The position numbers and the translations under genes are program-made. Positions 27,862 to 36,318 of a stretch of 64,000 nucleotides of DNA are shown piece by piece. The notes under the pieces were generated by a model. That model made no database searches, was not told the origin of the DNA, and saw only the letters and a list, made by a program, of their open reading frames with translations. The stretch comes from an uncultured virus (IMG/VR IMGVR_UViG_3300017971_000212). Lineage: Duplodnaviria > Heunggongvirae > Uroviricota > Caudoviricetes. The number at the start of each line of letters is the position of its first letter. Position 1 is the stretch's first letter. The stretch lies in the IMG/VR virus record IMGVR_UViG_3300017971_000212. The stretch is one strand, 5' to 3'.

Positions 27862-28121
27862 CCGACTGGCAGAAACTAAACCAGAACCTGGACCGCGCCG
27901 AGAGGCGCCCTTCCATCGAGCACAGAATCCTCGACGCCATGGACTGCGCCGGGAAACGCGGACGGCGTGTGGCCCGCGTCGCCATGCACCCCAACGCCTG
28001 CCGGGCATGGAAGGCCACCGAGATTCCTGGTGGGGACGACGAGTCCCTAGAGTGGGCTGGAATCCTGTTCACGAAGGACCACCGACTTCGGGGCGGCGAG
28101 CTTCGTGTCCGCACGGTCTGA
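27858..28121 (+). CDS. hypothetical protein
   Basis: ATGA overlap. Confidence 0.55.
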   Translation: MTDWQKLNQNLDRAERRPSIEHRILDAMDCAGKRGRRVARVAMHPNACRAWKATEIPGGDDESLEWAGILFTKDHRLRGGELRVRTV

Positions 28122-28129
28122 GGTAGCTG

Positions 28130-28402
28130 ATGTCCGAACTCGACGATGCTCGCTCCCGGCTCCTGGGTCTGCTACGCCATCTCACGACCGTGGGGTACTG
28201 GCTCCCTCGCCGTCGCCGGTACTACGACCCCGACGACTGGCGGAACATGTTCAACCCGCTCCGCATGCGTCGGGACTACGACCCCTCCGGGCGCCGGACG
28301 GTCCTCGTCAACGTACTTCCGCCGTCGCCGATCCTGGTGGAACGCATCCCCGAAGACGACCAAGCCCTGCCGTTCTACGACCGTGAACCCGGCGAGGACT
28401 GA
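28130..28402 (+). CDS. hypothetical protein
   Basis: GAGG RBS. Confidence 0.55.
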   Translation: MSELDDARSRLLGLLRHLTTVGYWLPRRRRYYDPDDWRNMFNPLRMRRDYDPSGRRTVLVNVLPPSPILVERIPEDDQALPFYDREPGED

Positions 28403-28407
28403 GTCCC

Positions 28408-28629
28408 GTGCACGACGTGAGCGTTCGAATCCGGTTCCATCCAGCCGGTGAGATCGAAAGGCTCGAGGACGGCTCTCTGCGGTTCCCCGAGGGGGGTTCC
28501 GTCGAGCTCGACGGAATCGAGCGTCGGGTGCGCGCCGGAGACGAGATCGCGGTCCGCCTCGAGGAGGACGGCGCCCTCACGCTCCTGATCAACGGACGCC
28601 CGGCGGACGAGATCCCGCTGGACTCCTGA
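28408..28629 (+). CDS. hypothetical protein
   Basis: ORF in a co-oriented run. Confidence 0.55.
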   Translation: MHDVSVRIRFHPAGEIERLEDGSLRFPEGGSVELDGIERRVRAGDEIAVRLEEDGALTLLINGRPADEIPLDS

Positions 28630-28646
28630 CTCGGTAGGGTGCGTTC

Positions 28647-29255
28647 ATGCACCGCACCGGCTGTCGCTTTCCCACCCTTGGATTCCTGACTGGAGGTACC
28701 GGTCAGTCAGACCTCGGCATCCCGCCCCAGGAGTACGAGACGTTCGCCTACGACAGTGCGCTCCTCGAGGCCGGGATCGAGAACTTCAACGTCGTCCCGT
28801 ACACGAGCGTGCTGCCCGCGGCGCTGTACGGCAACATCTACGACGTGAACGAGGTTCGCTCCTCCTTCCACCACGGCGCCGTCTTGGAGGTCATCATGGC
28901 GGGCGTGGGGGCCACGCAGGACTTCGCGGCCATCGCCACGGGGCTCGGGCTCGTCTGGGCCCAGACTCAGAACGGCAAGTTCGTCGGAGGGTTCGCCGCC
29001 GAGTACGTCGAGAGGTTCACCTCCCAGATCGACGACTCCATCGCGCGATCAACCTCACAGATGTGGCTCCGCAGGTCGCTCGAGCACGAGCTGCGGATCA
29101 GGAACCTGCGTCCCTACACGGGTCCCGACGACGACAGGCCGCACATGGAGTTCTTCCACAACTACGTGAACCTCCAGCAGCGGTTCGGCTACTGCCTCAC
29201 CGCGCTGGGGTTCCTCGAGTTCAAGTGGCTCGACCCCGTTCCGGGGCCGACCTGA
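28647..29255 (+). CDS. pyruvoyl-dependent arginine decarboxylase (PdaD/AaxB-like)
   Basis: FLTGGTG.SD, ETFAYDSALLEAGIENFNVVPYTSVLP (Thr-Ser autocleavage site), GAVLEVIMA, GGFAAEY. Confidence 0.88.
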   Translation: MHRTGCRFPTLGFLTGGTGQSDLGIPPQEYETFAYDSALLEAGIENFNVVPYTSVLPAALYGNIYDVNEVRSSFHHGAVLEVIMAGVGATQDFAAIATGLGLVWAQTQNGKFVGGFAAEYVERFTSQIDDSIARSTSQMWLRRSLEHELRIRNLRPYTGPDDDRPHMEFFHNYVNLQQRFGYCLTALGFLEFKWLDPVPGPT

Positions 29256-29258
29256 CGC

Positions 29259-30314
29259 TTACCAGACTCCGACCCGGACCTCGCCGGGATCTCCCTGAAT
29301 CACGACGACGTTCTCGGGGTCGCAGGAGACGTTCTCGGGCAGGATGTTGAGCCCCTTCTGGAAGCCCATCTCGAGCACGCTCTTGAGATCAGCGAGTTTC
29401 TCGGTGCCGCCTAGGGCCTCGACGTCGTCGCGGTAGTGATCGAACCAGGGGTACTTGCTGTTCGTGTACGTCTCGGCAGTGATCGGCGTGGCCGGAGCCT
29501 CCTGGCCCGTGATGGCGCGCCACGCGAGCGAGTTCGCGAGGTGCACGAAGCAGCGTGCCCGCGCCGAGGTCTTCCACGCGTCGAGCCCGTGCGTGTCCTT
29601 GAAGATCTGCTGCTTCATCTTTCCGCCGGGCGCGAGGCCCATGTCGGCAGTGACGGCGTTGCAGCCGCGCATCATGTGTCTGCTGCGCCTGCTGGACAGC
29701 CGGATGCCGGCCATGCCTCGCCTCCCGCGTCCGGAGAAGTCGCGCTCGATCTTCGGGAACTTCTCGTCGAAGACCTTCGGGTCCATCGGAAAGACCTCGA
29801 TCTGGAGTCCGCCGTGTTCGGCCTTCTCCGTGATCTGCTCCTCGGCCGTGAACCCCCACCCGAGAGGCGCGGCGATGAACTGTCGGATCTCGCCCTCCTT
29901 CACGACGTAGCCGTCGAGCCATGGCTGTGGCGGGACTACGAGGTAGTCCTTCTCGGTCAGGCCCTCCTTCCACTCCTTGCCGGTGACGGCCGACACCTTG
30001 CCGGTGGCGACCTTGACCGCGAAGGGGTACCGGGTGTTGCGGTCGGAGATGTGGGGGGAGCGAAAGCTGATCCAGAGGGCTTCGCTCTGGTACATGGGCA
30101 GCATCACGCCCCCGTGTTCGACCCAGTTCGCCGGCACGCGTTCACGGAACTCATCGATGAGTTTCATGGGGAAGTTCCCGAGTCCCGGAGGGAGCGGGTA
30201 GGTCTTGTCGTCGTCCGGGATCCGCAGGGTTCGCTGGAACGTGACCGATAGCGTCGCCTGCTCGTGGATCTCGGGGAAGCTGAAGTGCAGGGTGTCTCGT
30301 TCGAGTTTCAACAT
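29259..30314 (-). CDS. conserved hypothetical protein
   Basis: FQRTLRIPDD.K.YPLPPGLG.FP, PMYQ.EALW, QPWLDG, EEQIT, GG.QIEV, GG.M.Q.I, PWFD. Confidence 0.8.
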   Translation of the reverse strand: MLKLERDTLHFSFPEIHEQATLSVTFQRTLRIPDDDKTYPLPPGLGNFPMKLIDEFRERVPANWVEHGGVMLPMYQSEALWISFRSPHISDRNTRYPFAVKVATGKVSAVTGKEWKEGLTEKDYLVVPPQPWLDGYVVKEGEIRQFIAAPLGWGFTAEEQITEKAEHGGLQIEVFPMDPKVFDEKFPKIERDFSGRGRRGMAGIRLSSRRSRHMMRGCNAVTADMGLAPGGKMKQQIFKDTHGLDAWKTSARARCFVHLANSLAWRAITGQEAPATPITAETYTNSKYPWFDHYRDDVEALGGTEKLADLKSVLEMGFQKGLNILPENVSCDPENVVVIQGDPGEVRVGVW

Positions 30315-30348
30315 GGTTCTGTCCTCCTGTTCACATCGGGTTTGGGTT

Positions 30349-30705
30349 TCACCAGTCGCCGTCTCGGACTTCCTGGGCGACACGGTCGAAGGTCTCGGTC
30401 GGCTTGCCGCCGAGCGCCTCGATGACCTTCGCGAATGCCTCCGGCTGCTCGATGATCAGGTCGAGCAGCTCCGACCGGACCTTGCCCGCGAGGGCGAGGA
30501 GCCTGTCTGGATCCTCACCTAGTTCATGAGCGAGTTTCACGATGTTCTCCTCACTCGGCAAAGCGTCCCCTTTGCCGGTCTCGATCCGGCTGAGAAACGT
30601 CGGGGAGATCCCGACCCGCTGAGCGACTCTCCGCAGCCCGAATTCTGGGTCCTGCGCCGCCTTGGCCTCGCGAAGAGCGCGAACGCGCTGTCCGAACGCC
30701 GACAT
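30349..30705 (-). CDS. XRE-family HTH regulator
   Basis: FGQRVRALR...LRRVAQRVGISPTFLSRIETG...PSEE.I.KLA. Confidence 0.9.
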   Translation of the reverse strand: MSAFGQRVRALREAKAAQDPEFGLRRVAQRVGISPTFLSRIETGKGDALPSEENIVKLAHELGEDPDRLLALAGKVRSELLDLIIEQPEAFAKVIEALGGKPTETFDRVAQEVRDGDW

Positions 30706-30714
30706 GGTGTTGAC

Positions 30715-30743
30715 TGTTTACCACCCACGCAACAGAAGGTCAA
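30715..30743 (-). promoter_or_regulatory. promoter of the XRE gene
   Basis: Minus-strand TTGACC-N17-TAAACA, 9 nt before the ATG, flanked by an imperfect inverted repeat GTGTTGAC/GTCAAGCAC. Confidence 0.55.
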
Positions 30744-30802
30744 GCACTTGAATCCCGGCGCGTTTCTCGCTCTATCGACCCCCAGCTTGAAGGAGGTCAC
30801 GT

Positions 30803-31012
30803 ATGCGCACATTGCTCATCTCCGCAGCGGCACTGCTGCTCATCTCCGGCTGCCCCGAGGCCGAGGAGGCCAAGGAGGTCAAGAAGGAGGAGGACAAGGC
30901 GGCCGAGGCGAAGGAGCCTGAGGCCAAGAAGGCCGAGGAAAAGAAGGCCGAGGAGAAGAAGGCCCCTGAGGCGAAGGCCGAGGAGAAGAAGGCCCCCGAG
31001 ACGAAGAAGTAG
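30803..31012 (+). CDS. small Lys/Glu/Ala-rich lipoprotein
   Basis: Signal peptide with lipobox LISGC; KAEEK repeats; AGGAGG RBS. Confidence 0.75.
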   Translation: MRTLLISAAALLLISGCPEAEEAKEVKKEEDKAAEAKEPEAKKAEEKKAEEKKAPEAKAEEKKAPETKK

Positions 31013-31015
31013 TCG

Positions 31016-31903
31016 TCAGCTCGCGGAGGCCAGGAGCCAACGTCGCGCGACCCGTCGTGTCATCTCGTGCCCGAGGTCGAGCTCGAGGCTCAGCAGCGTG
31101 CGCTCCTCGCCGCCCTCGGCCATGTGCTCCTTGGCCCCCGTCGTCCCGGGCTGTGACGGACGGGTCGGCCTGCCGGCGCTCATCCACTGGCGGAACCGCC
31201 TGCGGACGAGCTCGGCGAACCGGGGGTCGCTCTTGATCAGGTAGTCGGCCCTGACGGTCGGATGCTGGTCGCGGCTCTCAGCGTTCGTGTTGGGGACCTG
31301 CTTCGCGCCGCCGTCGAACATGACGTCCATGAACTTGTCCCACGTGCGCTCGGCCTTCGCCTCTTCGATGTAGTGCGGGTGGAACTGGAAGCCCTCCTCC
31401 TCGGCGGCCCGCTGGAAGTCGCGGAGGTGCGACTCGCGGTCCTCGTAGAAGTGGATCTTCCTCGCGTGAGGGGTCTCGTCCATGATCCGCTTCATCTCGC
31501 GGATCTTGTAGGGCCTCGTCTGCTCCTTCTTCTGCTTGAGGACGAGCTCGTCGGGCTCGCCCACCTGGGAGAGCAGCTCGAGGATCTTGTCGCGGAAGGG
31601 TTCGGACCGGCCCGTGATGACGACCACCTTGGCGCGCGGGTTCTTCTTCGCCTTGCGGTATTCGTCGATGACGCGCTGGACGTACCAGTTCTGGTTTGGG
31701 TCAGACGGGACCAGAGGGTCGGCGAGCGATTGCGGATCGTGCCAGAAGCTCCCGTGCTGGCTCTTCGGGACGTCGGGAGGAGGCCCTGGACTGTGGAAGA
31801 TCGTGTGATCGAAGTCGAAGAAGTGCACCTCGGTCTTCGGCCCGGTCTCCTGGCGCTCGCGCTTCTTCCTGGTGGGCGCGCGTCTGGCAGATCGCAGGAA
31901 CAT
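31016..31903 (-). CDS. HAD-family phosphatase (HAD_SAK-like) with a C-terminal extension
   Basis: FFDFDHTIFHSP, VITGR, K, FYEDR..H. Confidence 0.75.
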   Translation of the reverse strand: MFLRSARRAPTRKKRERQETGPKTEVHFFDFDHTIFHSPGPPPDVPKSQHGSFWHDPQSLADPLVPSDPNQNWYVQRVIDEYRKAKKNPRAKVVVITGRSEPFRDKILELLSQVGEPDELVLKQKKEQTRPYKIREMKRIMDETPHARKIHFYEDRESHLRDFQRAAEEEGFQFHPHYIEEAKAERTWDKFMDVMFDGGAKQVPNTNAESRDQHPTVRADYLIKSDPRFAELVRRRFRQWMSAGRPTRPSQPGTTGAKEHMAEGGEERTLLSLELDLGHEMTRRVARRWLLASAS

Positions 31904-32006
31904 GCCTCACCGGACGCCGCACGATAGGTGAATTACCGCTCCCGCCAGACGCGCGGACCCCCGAGCAGGGTTCGCCGGGGGTCCGTCACGTCGAGTTGAG
32001 CCCGAG

Positions 32007-32282
32007 CTAGGCTGCCTTGCGCGTCCGCGAGGGCACCTTCCTGGTGGCCGGCTTCTTCCTGGCCGTGGCCTTCTTCTTCGGCGTGGTCTTGCGCGCCTTG
32101 GTCCGGTTGATCTTCTTCCTGGCCGTCGGCTTCTTGGCGGTCTTCTTCCTGGCCGTCGGCTTCTTGGCGGTCTTCTTCTTGGCGCGCGAGCTCGACGCCT
32201 TCTTCTTCGCGCGGGGCTTTGGGGTCTTCTTGGCCGTCGGCTTCTTCCCCGTCGGCTTCTTCGTCTTCGATCCGGTTGGCAT
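32007..32282 (-). CDS. histone H1-like basic protein
   Basis: Repeats of KKPTARKKTA; almost entirely K/R/A/T/P. Confidence 0.75.
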   Translation of the reverse strand: MPTGSKTKKPTGKKPTAKKTPKPRAKKKASSSRAKKKTAKKPTARKKTAKKPTARKKINRTKARKTTPKKKATARKKPATRKVPSRTRKAA

Positions 32283-32469
32283 GTGTTTCTCCGTCTTCGC
32301 AAAGAGGATGATGCGGCGGCGCCGCATCGTGAAAATACTACCCGCGACGAGCCGGATCGTCTCGGCCGGTATGGTGGAAATTCGGCGGCTCGGTGACCGA
32401 GCTATCCGAGTACACGAGGCGAGGGGTCGTACAGCGCGGCCCCGCCACAGACGACAGGAGACAGGACAC

Positions 32470-33027
32470 ATGACCGACACGAAACAGACCTCGAGGCTGC
32501 CGGGCGACGAGGAGACGGCCACGGAGTCGTCGATCCAGCCCGATCCGAAGGAGGAGGGGCCGCGGCCCGTCGTCCAGATCAAGGGGAACGACGAGCTCTA
32601 CCGCCTGCACCGGGAAGGGAGGCTCGGCCAGGGGGCCCGTCGTCCCGATCCGACCGACCCGACCCGAGGATTCGACGTGAGGCCCAGGGAGTACACCGTC
32701 GAGCGCGACGACAACCTTCCCCTGCGGTTCACGGGTCGCCTGGTCGGCTGGAACGAGGTCGACCCCTCGGTCCCTCGAGGGACGAGGGTGACGATCTTCG
32801 TCACCCGCTCCACCCGGATCGTGACCGCGGTGCACCAGTGGCAGCGAGGCGAGAAGAGCGAACGCAGCCGCCACGACGCCGGAGTGCACGACAGACCCGA
32901 CGAGGCCCTGGCGTGGCTCATCCGAGACGGCGGCAATCAGCTCGGCCGCAGCTCGCGAGAGGCGTGGGAGATGGCCTGCCAGGTCTGGCCCGCCTTCAAG
33001 GGTCACGACGTCGAGGTCATCGACTAG
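32470..33027 (+). CDS. hypothetical protein
   Basis: AGGA RBS; natural composition. Confidence 0.65.
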   Translation: MTDTKQTSRLPGDEETATESSIQPDPKEEGPRPVVQIKGNDELYRLHREGRLGQGARRPDPTDPTRGFDVRPREYTVERDDNLPLRFTGRLVGWNEVDPSVPRGTRVTIFVTRSTRIVTAVHQWQRGEKSERSRHDAGVHDRPDEALAWLIRDGGNQLGRSSREAWEMACQVWPAFKGHDVEVID

Positions 33028-33044
33028 CCCGGTGACCGTCCGAT

Positions 33045-33177
33045 GGTGCGCCGTCGGTGAGACGCGCCGGCCGGCGCCCGGAGGGTTCTCGGGATCCGAC
33101 GACGCCCGAGTAGGAGAAGCGGGACAGCCCTCCTGGCCATGTCCTCCGGTCGGGGTTCGACTCCCCGGCGGCGCGCC
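33045..33177 (+). ncRNA. tRNA-like RNA with an enlarged internal domain
   Basis: 9-bp terminal stem, T arm CGGGG-TTCGACT-CCCCG, internal stems. Confidence 0.5.
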
Positions 33178-33220
33178 GTGAAGATTCCGGCTTGACTTCG
33201 CGTCGAAACTCGCGTATCCC
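33178..33220 (+). promoter_or_regulatory. sigma70-like promoter upstream of the Arg/Ser/Gly/Ala tRNA cluster
   Basis: TTGACT-N17-TATCCC; similar to 7720-7761. Confidence 0.6.
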
Positions 33221-33395
33221 GTTGGAACGAGGTACCAATCATGACTCTCCAGATCATCAACCGTCGAGCGTACTGTCCCGCTGCAGCACCACTCGCTGCC
33301 GCCGCGGCCGGTTCATGCTCCGGATCGTGGTCTGGGGCGGGTACCGAGCCCAGTAGCGGCGCTCTGTCCAGGCAGAGACGCCCCGTCTAGCACAC

Positions 33396-33471
33396 GGGGC
33401 ACTAGCTCAACGGACAGAGCAGCGGCCTTCTAAGCCGCCGGTTGCAGGTTCAAGTCCTGCGTGCCCTGCCA
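33396..33471 (+). tRNA. tRNA-Arg(TCT)
   Basis: GCGGC-CTTCTAA-GCCGC; GCCA end. Confidence 0.94.
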
Positions 33472-33513
33472 CTACTGGGCGGACCCGAAGGGCCTCCGTC
33501 CAGGGAGAAATCT

Positions 33514-33600
33514 GGAGCGGTGGCCGAGAGGCCGAAGGCGTCGTCCTGCTAAGGCGAAGTGCTCGAGAGGGCACCGTGGGTTCGAATCCCACCCGCTCCG
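33514..33600 (+). tRNA. tRNA-Ser(GCT)
   Basis: TCGTC-CTGCTAA-GGCGA; long variable arm. Confidence 0.92.
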
Positions 33601-33611
33601 CAACGCCACAC

Positions 33612-33695
33612 GGGGTCGCAGCAGCTCCTCGCGGGGACGCCCCGAAGGAGTTTGGTAGGCGGGACGACCGCCGGGTTCGAATCCCACTGCGCCCC
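33612..33695 (+). ncRNA. tRNA-like element without canonical D and anticodon arms
   Basis: Terminal GGGG.CGCAG/CTGCGCCCC stem, GGG-TTCGAAT-CCC T-like arm, two other hairpins. Confidence 0.45.
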
Positions 33696-33700
33696 TCTTT

Positions 33701-33787
33701 GGAAGGTAGGCGAATGTTGGTTCGTCGCGCTCGCCTGGAAAGCGAGTGGGCCACACGGTCCCGAGAGTTCGATTCTCTCACCTTCCG
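33701..33787 (+). tRNA. tRNA-Ser(GGA)
   Basis: CTCGC-CTGGAAA-GCGAG. Confidence 0.9.
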
Positions 33788-33795
33788 CCGGACAT

Positions 33796-33882
33796 GGAAG
33801 GCCAAGCAGATCGGCGACTGCATCCGGCTTGAACCCGGACGAGGCGTGACAGCCCTTGGGAGTTCGACTCTCCCGCCTTCCG
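33796..33882 (+). tRNA. tRNA-Ser(TGA)
   Basis: TCCGG-CTTGAAC-CCGGA. Confidence 0.88.
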
Positions 33883-33914
33883 CTGAGGACCGAAAAGGAC
33901 CAACGCACCTGTTA

Positions 33915-33943
33915 TTGACAAGCTCTAGCTACCTTTCTAACCT
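33915..33943 (+). promoter_or_regulatory. sigma70 promoter driving a leaderless HNH gene
   Basis: TTGACA-N17-TAACCT, 6 nt before ATG 33950, no SD. Confidence 0.7.
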
Positions 33944-33949
33944 TTTCTC

Positions 33950-34615
33950 ATGAGGAAAAACCGAGCGCGAGCACGGATTGTGCTCAGCCAGATACCAAAA
34001 CGAACCCTTCAAAAAATCGTCCGGGAGCACGCCACTTTCGTCGGGGTGCTTCGACAACTGGACCTCAGTCCACGGAGCCGAACGACCGTTCAACTTCAAG
34101 ACGTCCTCGATGAACGAGGGATCGATTACTCACACATCGAAAACCGTTCCCAGTTACGGTGGGAAAAAATCGCAGAGGTCATCGCATGTTCTCACTCTCA
34201 CACGGAGGTCCTGACCAAACTCGGACTCAAAAACGCGGGCGGTAACCGAAAACACCTGATGAAGGAGATCGAGAAACGAGGGATCGACACATCTCATTTT
34301 CGTCGCAAAGCGTGGAACGAGGGCCGCCCCAGCCACAATCGTGTCCCCGCACGAGAGATTTTGGTCCTACTGCCCGAGTCCGCGTACCGCACCCGACGAA
34401 GTCAACTACGCAGGGCCTTGCTGGAGATCGGGGTGGAGGAGGTCTGTCGGGAATGCGGTCAAGGGCCTGAATGGAACGGAAAGCCCCTGCGCTTGGACAT
34501 CGATCACATCGACGGCAACTGGAGAAACAACAGGAGGAAAAATCTCAGGTTTCTGTGTCCGAACTGCCACACTCAAACACCCACATACGGAAATCGTGGA
34601 GGGTCAAGCCGATAG
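33950..34615 (+). CDS. HNH endonuclease
   Basis: CRECG..EWNGKPL.LDIDHIDGNWRNNR..NLRFLCPNCH.QT; duplicated GIDxSH repeats. Confidence 0.92.
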   Translation: MRKNRARARIVLSQIPKRTLQKIVREHATFVGVLRQLDLSPRSRTTVQLQDVLDERGIDYSHIENRSQLRWEKIAEVIACSHSHTEVLTKLGLKNAGGNRKHLMKEIEKRGIDTSHFRRKAWNEGRPSHNRVPAREILVLLPESAYRTRRSQLRRALLEIGVEEVCRECGQGPEWNGKPLRLDIDHIDGNWRNNRRKNLRFLCPNCHTQTPTYGNRGGSSR

Positions 34616-34690
34616 CTGGCGACGGCACCGGTTTCGAAAACCGGCGAGGTGTAACAGCCCTTCTGGGTTCGACCCCCAGGCCCTCCGCCA
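34598..34690 (+). tRNA. tRNA-Ser(CGA)
   Basis: CCGGT-TTCGAAA-ACCGG; GCCA end; overlaps the 3' end of the HNH gene. Confidence 0.88.
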
Positions 34691-34691
34691 C

Positions 34692-34778
34692 GCGGATGTA
34701 GCTCAGCTGGCTAGACTGCAACCTTGAAAACCGGCATGGGGCGACTCATCGGGGGTTTGAATCCCTCCTCCTCCGCTA
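34692..34778 (+). pseudogene. chimeric tRNA (Gly-type 5' end, Ser(TGA)-type 3' half)
   Basis: First 19 nt are identical to tRNA-Gly at 35030, then TTGAAAACCGG, a long variable arm and CCTCCGC; the stems do not pair properly. Confidence 0.6.
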
Positions 34779-34798
34779 CCACGGAAAGATGACCGACG

Positions 34799-35023
34799 AT
34801 GCGAACAACAGATGGCGACTACCTTCTGCCCAACATGACCCGAGAACAGGCTCTCCAGATTCGTGCCTGGCGCGAACGAGGAAGCTGGCGACAAGTCGCC
34901 ACCCGGATCCATAACTCCATGTACCAAGGCGTCCCTGCCGAACACCAGAGCGCCGGTGAAGACATCTGCCGCCAAGCGGCCAACCTGCTCGGAGAAGACC
35001 CGGACCAAAGCCCCTGGAACTGA
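34799..35023 (+). CDS. small hypothetical protein
   Basis: ORF between two 22-bp direct repeats. Confidence 0.6.
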   Translation: MRTTDGDYLLPNMTREQALQIRAWRERGSWRQVATRIHNSMYQGVPAEHQSAGEDICRQAANLLGEDPDQSPWN

Positions 35024-35029
35024 AAACAC

Positions 35030-35103
35030 GCGGATGTAGCTCAGCTGGTCAGAGCGCGACGTTGCCAACGTCGATGTCGGGAGTTCGACTCTCCTCATCC
35101 GCT
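35030..35103 (+). tRNA. tRNA-Gly(GCC)
   Basis: CGACG-TTGCCAA-CGTCG; T73. Confidence 0.93.
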
Positions 35104-35305
35104 CCGACGAACCCCAACAAGGAGAACGACACCATCGATCATGACATCTTTCGCCCGGGCCTCTTGGAGGGCCTTTTTGGACCCGGACGCGCGCGGCGCC
35201 GGGGGCGACGAAAAGACCGCGAAGCCGTGGACCCGGAGCCTTCGCCGGCGCTCCGGTTCTCCTACCCGGTCGGGCAGCGCCGGGGCGCGGAAGCTGCCCA
35301 ACCCT

Positions 35306-35376
35306 GCGCGTGAAGTGTTGTGGCTGCACACTTCCCTCCCTAGGAAGAAGCGAGGGTTCGATCCCCTCTACGCGCT
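35306..35376 (+). tRNA. tRNA-Gly(CCC)
   Basis: CTTCC-CTCCCTA-GGAAG; T73. Confidence 0.8.
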
Positions 35377-35561
35377 CCGCGAAAGGAAACCCATGACACC
35401 GAGATACCATAAGCTCAGGGGCCACCTGGCGGCCACGCATCACTGGTCGTGGTTCCCCGTCAGCAAGAACCGGCTCGCCCGTCGGGCGCGCCGGGCTCTC
35501 AAGCGGGCGACCCGCAGGGAGGTCAAGCGACACGGGCTAACCCTGATCGAGGAGGGGTTGA

Positions 35562-35834
35562 ACGACAGGGGATGAGAGGACCAGGTGGGCCCAGTGCCAC
35601 CTCGAGCGCCGCACGGAGATCGGGACCGAGGAGACGACGTCCTGGTTCCCGGTCCGACACGCGAGGGTCGGGAACTCGGTCGAGCTCAAAAGAGGCGACG
35701 GAGAGTGGACGACGGGCTGGATCGTGAGGCGGGCCCGGCCCGAGGTCGACGAACCCCCCGACTGGAGGAAGGCGATCAGACAGCACAGACACCGAACGGG
35801 AGACGACAGACCCAAGCAACGAAAGGAAGAGTGA
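35562..35834 (+). CDS. hypothetical protein with no canonical start (ACG after GGAGG)
   Basis: 90-codon open frame with protein-like composition, absent from the ORF track. Confidence 0.5.
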   Translation, partial: TTGDERTRWAQCHLERRTEIGTEETTSWFPVRHARVGNSVELKRGDGEWTTGWIVRRARPEVDEPPDWRKAIRQHRHRTGDDRPKQRKEE

Positions 35835-35928
35835 ATTGGGAGCGGCAAACGAAAAGGAAGGGGCGGCAGGAACCTCGAGAACCTTCGCGTCTCGGGACAC
35901 ACCGAGGACGACCGTCCGGTCGTGTCGG

Positions 35929-36164
35929 GATGGTTCCCCCTCGTCAACTCCGAGGGCATCCCCCTCGACGTCCTGCTCGGTCAGTTCCAGCGCCGCGGCC
36001 TCGTGCCCGACTGGATCGACTTCGTCGAGAGCTGCCTCAGGTGCGACTGGAACGTTGGCTCCCTGAGGACCAAGATCGAGACCGCCGTGGGCGACGTTTA
36101 CGGACCCGAACACAGAGGGGAGGTGATGAGGAGATTCGACGACTACATGCGCATGCGGGAGTAG
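35929..36164 (+). CDS. small hypothetical protein (approximate 5' end; the reading frame opens at GTG 35922)
   Basis: F.LVNSEGIPLD...PDWIDF.E.C...DW; the stop overlaps tRNA-Gly. Confidence 0.5.
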
Positions 36165-36227
36165 CTCAGCTGGCAGAGCGTCAGCCTTCCAAGCTGAATG
36201 TCGCGAGTTCGATTCTCGTCTCCCGCT
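36155..36227 (+). tRNA. tRNA-Gly(TCC)
   Basis: TCAGC-CTTCCAA-GCTGA. Confidence 0.94.
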
Positions 36228-36231
36228 CAAT

Positions 36232-36307
36232 GGGGCCTTAGCTCAGATGGGAGAGCGCTGGTTTTGCACGCCGGAGGGCGTCGGTTCGAATCCGACAGGC
36301 TCCACCA
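36232..36307 (+). tRNA. tRNA-Ala(TGC)
   Basis: G3:U70; TTTGCAC loop; ACCA end. Confidence 0.93.
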
Positions 36308-36318
36308 GGAAGGACGAC

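Noticed and set aside
33045..33177. tmRNA
   Set aside because: Too short, no G3:U70 Ala acceptor with CCA, and no tag reading frame.
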